This document shows, in pieces, positions 1 to 7,913 of a DNA stretch of 28,971 nt. The DNA is from Candidatus Latescibacterota bacterium. GTDB lineage: Bacteria; Latescibacterota; UBA2968; UBA8231. The notes beneath the pieces were generated by a model. It had not been told where the DNA came from, searched no databases, and saw only the letters and a program-made list of their open reading frames with translations. The stretch covers positions 1-28,971 of the forward strand of contig CBDBIJ010000044.1 in the NCBI GenBank assembly GCA_965205655.1, in the 5' to 3' direction. The number at the start of each line of letters is the position of its first letter. Position 1 is the stretch's first letter. The translations under genes were made by a program, and so were the position numbers.

Positions 1-12
1 CCAGCCCTTCTG

Positions 13-933
13 ATGAACTTCCAGCATCTCCGCTACTTCCTCGCCGTCGCCCAAACCGGCGGCTTCACCCAGGCAGCGCGCCAGCTGCACGTGACCCAGC
101 CGACGGTCAGCAGCGGCGTCGCCGAGCTGGAAACAGATGTCGGGGCGAGGCTGTTCAACCGCGATAGTCGGCACGTTGAATTGACGCTGGAGGGCCGCAC
201 TCTCATGGTCTACGCCCTCCAGATAGAGGACCTCGTAGAGGAAGCGACTGAACGCCTGGGAGAAGGTCACACCCACCGTGATGAAGGGGCCTTCCAGTTC
301 GGTGCGATCGACGCAGCTGTCATCTACCTGTTGCCGCAGATCCTCAAGGCGTATCTGAACGCCTATCCGCTTATGGAGCTATCGATTCAGGTCGCCCCAT
401 CCCGGTATCTTGTCGACGATCTGCTCTCGAACCGGTCCGAGTTCGCCATCATCACATTGCCCTTCGACGATGAGAAGATCCAAACCATGGCCATGCTCAC
501 CGACGATATGCCCCTCGTCGTCGGGAACGGCCACCGATTCGCCAGGCGTTCGTCGATCACTCCCCGCGAAGTGGCGGCCGAGACTCTCATCCTGTTCCAC
601 GCCGATTCAGTGTCGCGCAAACTCGTCGACGGTGGCTTTGCCGAGGCCGGCGTCTCCCCTCGGGTCGTGATGGAAATGCGCTCTCCCGAAGCGATGCGGA
701 AACTGGTGGAGTCGGGTGTGGGCATCTCCTTCCTGCCCGGAATGTCAGTCGGCGAGTCGCTCGCGGTGGGAGTGCTACGGGTAGTGAATGTCGAGGGGAT
801 GTCCTTCAGCCGCAGGATCGGCTTGGCCTGGCGCCGCGGCCGTTACTTCGGCCCCGCAATTCGCTACCTCGTGGAGTCGATCCTCGAACCAAACGGTGTG
901 CTCGAAGAGTGGCGCGCGCTCACGTCGAGCTGA
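13..933 (+). CDS. LysR-family transcriptional regulator
   Basis: 306 aa. N-terminal LysR HTH (LRYFLAVAQTGGFTQAARQLHVTQPTVSSGVAELE...LFNR) and a C-terminal substrate-binding domain ending in the typical VESGVGISFLP. Confidence 0.95.
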   Translation: MNFQHLRYFLAVAQTGGFTQAARQLHVTQPTVSSGVAELETDVGARLFNRDSRHVELTLEGRTLMVYALQIEDLVEEATERLGEGHTHRDEGAFQFGAIDAAVIYLLPQILKAYLNAYPLMELSIQVAPSRYLVDDLLSNRSEFAIITLPFDDEKIQTMAMLTDDMPLVVGNGHRFARRSSITPREVAAETLILFHADSVSRKLVDGGFAEAGVSPRVVMEMRSPEAMRKLVESGVGISFLPGMSVGESLAVGVLRVVNVEGMSFSRRIGLAWRRGRYFGPAIRYLVESILEPNGVLEEWRALTSS

Positions 934-939
934 CAACAC

Positions 940-1515
940 TCACCCGGTGGCGGATGAGCCAGCTGGATTGTGGAGTCGTAGCATCGGCATTGCCGCCGGA
1001 TCGGCGCTTGGGCCCAATGCGTTCGACCCGCGTGGATAGGCCCGGAAGAAGCTGTTGAGCGTTTCGATGAAATCGCTGACGCCGACGCCCATGTAGGGTT
1101 CGTTCACGGGGACCTGCGCCAGGTTCGAGTGCGCCCTCTCGAACAGATTCGAAAGACCGCGATCGTTGTCCTGCCACCACTTGATAAATGCAGCCGATAC
1201 CTGGATCAGGCCCCTCAGGAAAAATCCGCAAGCACCATTTCGTTTTTCCAACGCCCATAGCACCTCCCACTGTTCGTGCGCCTCCCACCAGTAGGCGTAG
1301 TTGTAGAGATCGACTCCGTAGAGGTAGGTGTCGTTCTGGCGCCAGGTCTTCAGATCGAGGGGCCGCGCATCGCGGTTCGATGACGTTCCATAGCTGTGAC
1401 CGAGGGGGTCGGTGTGGGGGTGAGGTGTCTCCCCGGGGACGTGTCGATACGGTGGGAAGGGGGTTGACGGTGCGTAGCGTGGAAACGCCGGATCGAAGGG
1501 ACTGGGCTCGCCCAT
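940..1515 (-). CDS. DUF309 domain-containing protein
   Basis: Motif GVDLYNYAYWWEAHEQWEVLW...GLIQVSAA matches DUF309 (F/Y-N...EAHE.LE..W). Start set at ATG 1515 (MGEPSPF), which overlaps the dusB stop (TGATG). The longer ORF-track start at 1821 lies inside dusB. Confidence 0.85.
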   Translation of the reverse strand: MGEPSPFDPAFPRYAPSTPFPPYRHVPGETPHPHTDPLGHSYGTSSNRDARPLDLKTWRQNDTYLYGVDLYNYAYWWEAHEQWEVLWALEKRNGACGFFLRGLIQVSAAFIKWWQDNDRGLSNLFERAHSNLAQVPVNEPYMGVGVSDFIETLNSFFRAYPRGSNALGPSADPAAMPMLRLHNPAGSSATG

Positions 1516-2543
1516 CAAGCGGCGGCAGCCGGACTCGCCACGCCCGCTGCGCCGGGCGACGCCTCGAGTTGCATGAGTCGCGCCTCGACATCGCGTGCGG
1601 TCTTGAGCTGAGCCAGTTCCGCCCTGAGTCTGGCCGCATCGCGCAACCCCCGGAAATACCCGGAGTAGTGGCGCCGTATTCCCACCACTCCCTGTCGTTC
1701 CCCCTTGTGCTCGACTGAGAGTCGCAGGTGCTCGAGGCAGAGTCCGATCCGCTCCTCGATCGCAGGTGGTGGTAACGTCTTCCCCGATTCCAGGAAGTGG
1801 CGCGCCTCGCGAAAGATCCACGGGTGGCGGATGGCGCCGCGGCCGATCATGACGCCGTCACAGCCGGTGGAGTCGAAGGCGTCTTTCACGTCTTCGGCCG
1901 ACATGAGGTCTCCGTTGATGATGACGGGAATCGACACCGCGTCCTTGATCCTGGGAATCCAGCTGTAATCGACGTCGCCCTTATGTCCCTGCGCCCGGGT
2001 GCGGCAGTGGACGGTGAGAGCGCGCACACCGATGTCTTCCAGCATTCTGGCCACCTCGACGATGCGGATGCTGGAGCCGTCCCATCCCAGTCGCGTCTTC
2101 ACGGTGACGGGGCAATCGGTCGCGGCAATCACGCTCGCCACCACCTCGCGCATGCGCTGCGGCTCCTTCAGAAGTCCGGCGCCGGCGCCCCGCAAGGCGA
2201 CATTGCTCACCCAGCAGCCACAGTTGATGTCGATGATGTCCGGTTCGCACGCGGCGGCGATGCGCGTCGCCTTTTCCATCGACAACTCGGCGGCGCCGTA
2301 GATCTGGATGCCGATGGGACGCTCCTCCGCGTGGAAGGCCAACTTGCGCCGCGCCCGGCTCAAAACCTGCGAGTCGCTGCGGATCAACCCCTCCGCATTG
2401 ATGAACTCGGTGTATACAATATTCGCTCCCATTTGCTTGCAGATGACGCGAAACGGCAAGTCGGACACGTCTTCCATGGGAGCGAGCAGCAGTCCGGGCG
2501 CTACCGAAACTGGTCCTATGATCAGCGGTGCATCAATCGACAC
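1515..2543 (-). CDS. dusB: tRNA-dihydrouridine synthase B
   Basis: Motifs LAPMEDVSDLPFR, IDINCGC, GAGAGLLK, PVTVKTRLGWD, VHCRTR, NGD, DGVMIGRGAI. GGAGG Shine-Dalgarno (SD) upstream of the GTG start. Confidence 0.93.
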   Translation of the reverse strand: MSIDAPLIIGPVSVAPGLLLAPMEDVSDLPFRVICKQMGANIVYTEFINAEGLIRSDSQVLSRARRKLAFHAEERPIGIQIYGAAELSMEKATRIAAACEPDIIDINCGCWVSNVALRGAGAGLLKEPQRMREVVASVIAATDCPVTVKTRLGWDGSSIRIVEVARMLEDIGVRALTVHCRTRAQGHKGDVDYSWIPRIKDAVSIPVIINGDLMSAEDVKDAFDSTGCDGVMIGRGAIRHPWIFREARHFLESGKTLPPPAIEERIGLCLEHLRLSVEHKGERQGVVGIRRHYSGYFRGLRDAARLRAELAQLKTARDVEARLMQLEASPGAAGVASPAAAA

Positions 2544-2601
2544 TTCGTCCTCCGGTCACCGATGTAGTCGACGGAAATTGACCATTGGTGCGCTTCCGTG
2601 A

Positions 2602-2630
2602 ATTGTACTGGTGGCCCTTCACATCGGCAA
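2602..2630 (-). promoter_or_regulatory. Putative sigma70 promoter of dusB-DUF309
   Basis: Minus strand TTGCCG (2630-2625), 17 nt, TACAAT (2607-2602), about 60 nt upstream of the dusB start. Confidence 0.6.
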
Positions 2631-2645
2631 CTGGCAATCACTCGC

Positions 2646-2861
2646 TCAAGCGACTTTGTTCATCAGTTTCACGTCCCGACGCGTGATCTTGGGCTTGATG
2701 AGATTGACGATCTTCAGCCATTCCGGGCTGCTGTAGTAGGCCTTGAGCACCCGGTCGCGCGTTTTGGCACTCGGAAACGATCGGATCCAGATGAATTCAT
2801 CCTTTTCCGCGCTCTCCCATGCTGCCACGAAGGTGACGCCGTACTTCTTCATGAAACGCTT
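2646..2861 (-). pseudogene. NIPSNAP-family protein, 3' part (split by IS30)
   Basis: Reads RFMKKYGVTFVAAWES...FIWIRSFPS...RDRVLKAYYSSPEW. Joins in frame to 4186-4109 once the IS and one CTT copy are removed. Confidence 0.88.
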
Positions 2862-4108
2862 GGTATATTCAATCGGTCAATGCAACATTCTCCCCACTAA
2901 TCTAATCATAGGAGATGTTGCACATGGCTCAAATGGGACGACCAGGATTGTCCGCGTCACAGAAGTCGGAGGTATGGCGTCGATGGAAGAGCGGCCAGTC
3001 GCATAGCGATATTGGTCGGGCGCTCGGGAAGCATCCGGCGTCGATTCATGGTGTCATCACCGCCAATGGGGGCATCGTACCAATGCCGCGTCGACGCTCT
3101 CGATGGGCTCTTGCCTGGGAAGAGCGTGAAGAGATCTCTCGAGGTATCGCTGCGGGAAAATCGATACGAATAATTGCGGCCGCTGTTGAGCGTGCACCCT
3201 CGACGGTTAGCCGAGAGATTGCCCGCAATGGCGGGCGGCAAAGGTACCGAGCAAACGTCGCCGACCAAGCAGCCTGGACGCGCGCCAGCCGGCCGAAATG
3301 CTGCCGACTCGCATCCAATCTTCGTTTGCGGCGAGTCGTGGCGGACAAGCTACGCCTGAAGTGGTCACCTGAGCAGATATCGGGATGGCTGAAGCGGGAG
3401 TATGCGCTTTTAGGAAATATGCAGATATCCCACGAAACGATCTATCGAACTCTCTTCATCCAGGCACGCGGGGCACTCAACAAGGACCTCATTGCGCATC
3501 TGCGGACGCGAAGGATGATGCGGCGATCCAAGAAGGCAAGCACACGCGATCAGCCGAGAGGCCGGATCGTCGACGCCGTATCCATCAGCGAGCGGCCTGC
3601 CGAGATCGAGGACCGCGCCGTTCCCGGCCACTGGGAGGGAGACTTGATCTCGGGGTCGAACAACACGCACATCGCCACGTTGGTGGAGCGGCAGTCTCGG
3701 TTCACGATGCTCGTGAAGCTCAACGGCAAAGACACCGAGACCGTTGTCAGAGCGCTGATCAGCCAGGTGAAACGACTCCCCTCCGCGGTGCGGTTGTCCC
3801 TTACCTGGGATCGAGGAATGGAGCTAGCTCGGCACAAGGAGTTCTCGATCGCAACTGACGTCGAGGTGTATTTCTGTGATCCTCAGAGTCCCTGGCAACG
3901 AGGCACAAATGAGAACACGAATCGCCTTCTTCGACAGTACTTCCCGAGGAAGACCGATCTGTCGCCATTCTCCCAAGCCGACCTGAACAGAGTCGCTCTT
4001 CAACTGAACCAGCGCCCGCGGAAGACGTTGGGGTTCGTTTCACCCGCAGAACGCTTCAATGAAGGTGTTGCGTTGACGAAGATGTTGCGTTGACTGGTTG
4101 AACTCGCG
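2862..4108 (+). mobile_element. IS30-family insertion sequence, copy A1 (complete, 1247 bp)
   Basis: Ends defined by identity with the copy at 11452-14207. Imperfect 26-bp IRs: GGTATATTCAATCGGTCAATGCAACA and CGCGAGTTCAACCAGTCAACGCAACA. 3-bp TSD CTT at 2859-2861 and 4109-4111. Confidence 0.95.
2924..4093 (+). CDS. IS30-family transposase
   Basis: Motifs WSPEQIS, ISHETIY, GHWEGDL, LTWDRGME, PWQRGTNENTNRLLRQYFP, LNQRPRKTL. ATG 2924 preferred over 2915 for spacing from the GGAG SD. Confidence 0.95.
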   Translation: MAQMGRPGLSASQKSEVWRRWKSGQSHSDIGRALGKHPASIHGVITANGGIVPMPRRRSRWALAWEEREEISRGIAAGKSIRIIAAAVERAPSTVSREIARNGGRQRYRANVADQAAWTRASRPKCCRLASNLRLRRVVADKLRLKWSPEQISGWLKREYALLGNMQISHETIYRTLFIQARGALNKDLIAHLRTRRMMRRSKKASTRDQPRGRIVDAVSISERPAEIEDRAVPGHWEGDLISGSNNTHIATLVERQSRFTMLVKLNGKDTETVVRALISQVKRLPSAVRLSLTWDRGMELARHKEFSIATDVEVYFCDPQSPWQRGTNENTNRLLRQYFPRKTDLSPFSQADLNRVALQLNQRPRKTLGFVSPAERFNEGVALTKMLR

Positions 4109-4186
4109 CTTCGCTTTCTTGAACTCCCGCGTAAACGCCTTCTTCTTCCCTCGCTTGAGTCGATAGATCCTCAATTCGTGAATCAC
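4109..4186 (-). pseudogene. NIPSNAP-family protein, 5' part (split by IS30)
   Basis: AGGAGG SD, then GTG 4186 giving MIHELRIYRLKRGKKKAFTREFKKAK, a typical NIPSNAP start (MIxELRxY). Too short for the ORF track. Confidence 0.88.
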
Positions 4187-4207
4187 GTCCGCAACCTCCT
4201 TGTTTTA

Positions 4208-4798
4208 CTAACTGTGGCAGTGGTAGGTGTTCGCTTCCGTTATGATTATGTCCATGCGCTCGTCGTGTTCCTCTTCGGGCACCTCTTCGACGAGGAGCTC
4301 CTCGTAAGTCAGACCGATTCTCGGCGCCTCGATACCGGCCAGAAACCCATCGTAGAACCCCCGTCCCAGACCGAGCCGTCCGCCACGCCTGTCGAATGCG
4401 ATTCCGGGCACGAGCACCAGATCGACGCCTGAGACGTCCTGCATTGCGGCCTCGTCATCGGCTGGTTGGAGCAAGCCCCATGGTCCGGGCGCGAGCTCCT
4501 CGAGACTGCGGATTTCCGCATGGTGCAGAGGAGGTTGGCGGCTCGCTGCGACGATGGGAACGACCATTCGTTTTCCATGCTCGAGGCTCAGTCGAATCAG
4601 TTCCCGCGTCTCCACCTCATTCGGTTTGGAATCGACATACGTGTGCACCAGATCGGCGCCTTTCCATTCGGGCGTGGCGAAAAGTCGCTCTCGAATCGCC
4701 GCACTCGAACTGCTGACTATGTCGTCGCTCATTCGCTCCCGCGTTTCGAGGCAAACAGCGCGAAGTTCAGCCTTTGCATTGCTGGTTTCAGCGGGCAT
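4208..4798 (-). CDS. 5-formyltetrahydrofolate cyclo-ligase
   Basis: Motifs KAELR, NEVET, DLVLVPGIAFDRRGGRLGLGRGFYD, EEHDERMDIIITE. Start set at ATG 4798, directly after a consensus promoter. Confidence 0.93.
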   Translation of the reverse strand: MPAETSNAKAELRAVCLETRERMSDDIVSSSSAAIRERLFATPEWKGADLVHTYVDSKPNEVETRELIRLSLEHGKRMVVPIVAASRQPPLHHAEIRSLEELAPGPWGLLQPADDEAAMQDVSGVDLVLVPGIAFDRRGGRLGLGRGFYDGFLAGIEAPRIGLTYEELLVEEVPEEEHDERMDIIITEANTYHCHS

Positions 4799-4804
4799 GG
4801 GCGC

Positions 4805-4833
4805 AGTATATCGGCGCCTCTTCGGAGTGTCAA
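4805..4833 (-). promoter_or_regulatory. sigma70 promoter of the cyclo-ligase gene (likely leaderless transcript)
   Basis: Minus strand TTGACA (4833-4828), 17 nt, TATACT (4810-4805), 6 nt, ATG (4798). Confidence 0.8.
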
Positions 4834-4857
4834 GCAACTTCCTGTCGCGCCCATGCG

Positions 4858-4886
4858 TTGACTATCCAATCACCTGCCGGTAGATT
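4858..4886 (+). promoter_or_regulatory. Putative sigma70 promoter of the uppS-cdsA-rseP-queG operon
   Basis: TTGACT (4858-4863), 17 nt, TAGATT (4881-4886), about 60 nt upstream of uppS and back to back with the cyclo-ligase promoter. Confidence 0.65.
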
Positions 4887-4945
4887 GAGGTCGCTCCGAA
4901 GAATCGGACCCGATTCGGGTCTGAAATCACTCTCCGAAGGACGAC

Positions 4946-5731
4946 ATGGCACGCAGCTCTTCTCCCGCTGAGGTGGTCAGCGAGGATCCCCAACACGACG
5001 AACGAGACATCAAAATTCAGCGGGAGCTCGACGACGGCGGCCTGCCCCGGCACATCGCCATCATCATGGATGGCGACCGACGCTGGGCCAAAGAGCGCGG
5101 CCTGGGTGTTTCCGAGGGCCATCGACATGGCCGCGAATCGGTTCGAGACATGGTGAGAGCCTGTGGGCAATTGGGCATCGAGGTCCTCACCCTCTATACG
5201 TTTTCGACTGAGAACTGGAATCGGCCGCGTCACGAAGTTTCGACACTCATGCGCTGGTTTCGGGAGTCGCTGCGCGATGAGACGCCGGAGCTGCACGCCA
5301 ACAATGTTCGCCTCAACGCCATCGGTCGCATCGACGGCCTGCCGAAGGCGGTTCAGAAGGCGCTGCACAAAGCACTCGAGGAGACCGCTGGCAACACTGG
5401 CCTGGTGCTGAACCTGGCCATCAATTACGGCGGTCGCAGCGAGCTCGTAGATGCGTTCCGGTCCCTTGCCGAGGAGGTCGTGGCGGGCCGCCTCTCTCCC
5501 GACGAAATTGACGAGCGCCGTCTCGGTGAATCGCTCTACACCGACATGATGCCGGACCCCGACCTGCTCATCCGCTGTAGCGGTGAGATGCGCCTGAGTA
5601 ACTTCCTGCCCTGGCAAATCGTCTACTCGGAGATTTGGTTCACCCCCGTTTATTGGCCCGACTTCCGCCGCCACCATCTGTACGAAGCGATCAGGGACTA
5701 TCAGCAGCGCCATCGACGGCTGGGGACCTGA
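4946..5731 (+). CDS. uppS: Undecaprenyl diphosphate synthase (cis-isoprenyl transferase)
   Basis: Motifs PRHIAIIMDGDRRWA, LYTFSTENWNRP, LAINYGGRSE, PDPDLLIRCSGEMRLSNFLPWQ, WPDF. Confidence 0.97.
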   Translation: MARSSSPAEVVSEDPQHDERDIKIQRELDDGGLPRHIAIIMDGDRRWAKERGLGVSEGHRHGRESVRDMVRACGQLGIEVLTLYTFSTENWNRPRHEVSTLMRWFRESLRDETPELHANNVRLNAIGRIDGLPKAVQKALHKALEETAGNTGLVLNLAINYGGRSELVDAFRSLAEEVVAGRLSPDEIDERRLGESLYTDMMPDPDLLIRCSGEMRLSNFLPWQIVYSEIWFTPVYWPDFRRHHLYEAIRDYQQRHRRLGT

Positions 5732-5739
5732 ACCTCGAC

Positions 5740-6564
5740 ATGGCAGTCGGGGCACCCGATTTGGGGCGGCGCGCCCTCTCGGCCTGCCTTTTCGTCCCTC
5801 TTGTTCTCGTCCTCACCTGGCTCGGTGGCTGGACCCTCTTCGCCCTCGTCGTCCTCATCGTCGGTCGGGGATGCTGGGAATTCTATCGCTTCGCCGAAGC
5901 CGCCGGCCATCGACCCGCCGCGAAAATCGGCGTCGTGGTGAGTGTCGCTTGGTGCGCCCACCTGCAGTGTGGCGGCGCCGAGAGCTCGCTGCTTCCCCTG
6001 CTCGTCATCATCACCCTCGTCGCAGCGACGGTCACACTGCGCACTGGCGTAGAGGGCTACGCTTCTAATGCACTTGTCACAGTTGGTGGGTTCGTCTACG
6101 TCGGCGTACTCGGCAGCACGCCGTTGCTGATTGCCGCGCACACCTCACAGCTCGGGTGGTCCCATCCGTCTTCCATCCTCGTCATTCTCTTTCTGGCTAT
6201 CTGGATTACGGACACCGCCGCCTATTTCTTCGGCCACTACTTCGGTGAGCGAAAACTGGTCCCATCCATCAGCCCGGCAAAGACGGTGGTCGGTTTCGGC
6301 GCCGGGGTTGCCGCCGGTTTCGTCCCCCTCGTCGTTCACCAGCTCGTTCCCCTGTCACTGGCTCAACTCGCCGGACTGCTGCTGCTGGTTGCCATCGGCG
6401 GCCAGATCGGTGACATCGTCGAATCCGCCATCAAACGCGACGCCGGAGTCAAGGACGCGCCCGCGTTCATTCCCGGCCACGGTGGGCTGCTCGATCGTTT
6501 TGACTCGTATCTCTTCGCGTTTCCCTTATGTTATCTTTACCTGTTGGTAATGACCTATGTCTGA
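5740..6564 (+). CDS. cdsA: Phosphatidate cytidylyltransferase
   Basis: Hydrophobic protein with WITDTAAYFFG, ISPAKTVVG and GDIVESAIKRDAGVKD..FIPGHGGLLDRFDS. Start set at ATG 5740, just after the uppS stop. Confidence 0.95.
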   Translation: MAVGAPDLGRRALSACLFVPLVLVLTWLGGWTLFALVVLIVGRGCWEFYRFAEAAGHRPAAKIGVVVSVAWCAHLQCGGAESSLLPLLVIITLVAATVTLRTGVEGYASNALVTVGGFVYVGVLGSTPLLIAAHTSQLGWSHPSSILVILFLAIWITDTAAYFFGHYFGERKLVPSISPAKTVVGFGAGVAAGFVPLVVHQLVPLSLAQLAGLLLLVAIGGQIGDIVESAIKRDAGVKDAPAFIPGHGGLLDRFDSYLFAFPLCYLYLLVMTYV

Positions 6565-7867
6565 GATCGTTTCGTCCATCCTCTATTTCCTCGTCGCTCT
6601 CGGCGTTCTCGTCTTCGTACACGAGCTCGGCCACTTCCTCGTGGCCAAGTGGTCGGGCATCCGAGTCGAGCGCTTCTCTCTCGGCTATCCTCCCAAGATG
6701 ATCGGCATTCAGTATGGAGAGACCGAGTACTGCATCTCCTGGATACCGTTCGGCGGCTATGTGAAGGTGGCGGGTATGGCCGACGTCGGCAGCGAGGAAT
6801 CGTCGGGAGCGCCCTGGGAATTCCCTTCGAAATCCATCGGCATCCGCATGGCCGTCATCGCTGCCGGACCGGCGATGAACTTCGCCTTTGCGTTCGTCGC
6901 CTTCCTCGCGCTCTTCTTCGCCTACGGAGTAGACACCATCGGCAGCACGATCGTGGCGCCCGCGGAGAGCTCGGCGAGCGCTCACGCCGGTATCCGTCGC
7001 GGCGACATCGTCCTGAGCGTCGATGGACAGGCGGTGAGCAACGAGCGTCAGCTCGCCGAAGCTCTCGATGGCACGGAGGGGCGTGGGGTGGTCCTCGACG
7101 TCGACCGTGGCGGACGCACCTACAGCTTCGAGCTCCCCGCCTCAGAGGAGCTGGCCTACGGCCTGCAGATCCTCATCCCCACCACTGTCGGTAGGGTTTC
7201 GCAGGACATGCCGGCGGCGCAGGTCGGCTTGCTGGAAGGCGACCGCATCACCGCCGTCGCCGGCATCACCGTTCACAGCTGGGGTGACATGAAGACAGAG
7301 ATCAGCGGCCACCCCGAGGAGACGATAACCCTCACGTGGATCCGCGACGGCGGCGTGATGGAAGGAGACGTAACCCCGGAGGCGCACACTGAAGGGGATA
7401 CCGTCGTCGGTCTCATCGGCATAATGCCCTACACCGCCAGGTCTCCCGTCGGATTCGTCAAGGCCGCCGAGCTCGGAATCGCGACTGTCTACAATGCGTC
7501 GACCCTCATTCTCGATTTCATCGGCCAGATTTTTTCGGACGATCGCTACAAAGAGCTGGGCGGGCCGATCCGTATCGCCAAGATGGCTGGCGACACGGCT
7601 GATCGCGGGTTCAGTTATTTCCTCTACTTCCTCGGGCTCCTCAGTGTCAATCTGGCGATCCTCAATCTGCTCCCGATACCGGTTCTGGATGGGGGCCACC
7701 TCACTTTCCTCGCACTCGAAGCCCTCATGCGACGACCCCTGTCGGTGCGCCAAAGGGAATTCTTCCAGCAGGTAGGCCTCGTCATCATTCTCGGCATCAT
7801 GGTGCTCGTTACCTTCAACGACCTCAATCAGCTCGTCTTCCACCGTATCGTCGAACTTTTCCAATAG
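6557..7867 (+). CDS. rseP: RIP metalloprotease RseP (site-2 protease, two PDZ domains)
   Basis: HELGH zinc motif, IPFGGYVK, AGPAMN, two PDZ-like segments and NLLPIPVLDGGH. Confidence 0.96.
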   Translation: MSEIVSSILYFLVALGVLVFVHELGHFLVAKWSGIRVERFSLGYPPKMIGIQYGETEYCISWIPFGGYVKVAGMADVGSEESSGAPWEFPSKSIGIRMAVIAAGPAMNFAFAFVAFLALFFAYGVDTIGSTIVAPAESSASAHAGIRRGDIVLSVDGQAVSNERQLAEALDGTEGRGVVLDVDRGGRTYSFELPASEELAYGLQILIPTTVGRVSQDMPAAQVGLLEGDRITAVAGITVHSWGDMKTEISGHPEETITLTWIRDGGVMEGDVTPEAHTEGDTVVGLIGIMPYTARSPVGFVKAAELGIATVYNASTLILDFIGQIFSDDRYKELGGPIRIAKMAGDTADRGFSYFLYFLGLLSVNLAILNLLPIPVLDGGHLTFLALEALMRRPLSVRQREFFQQVGLVIILGIMVLVTFNDLNQLVFHRIVELFQ

Positions 7868-7913
7868 CGGCACGAGGGCGCGGCTCAAGCCCCCGGGCAC
7901 TGTCAACTCGCGC

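Noticed and set aside
930..946. Similarity of CTGACAACACTCACCCG to CTGACACACTCACCCG at 20035-20050
   Set aside because: A short gapped match in unrelated contexts with no IS features at 930; likely chance.
4799..4945. 6S RNA (ssrS), often found upstream of the 5-formyl-THF cyclo-ligase gene
   Set aside because: The spacer is only 147 nt, is occupied by two divergent promoters, and shows no long rod-like pairing.
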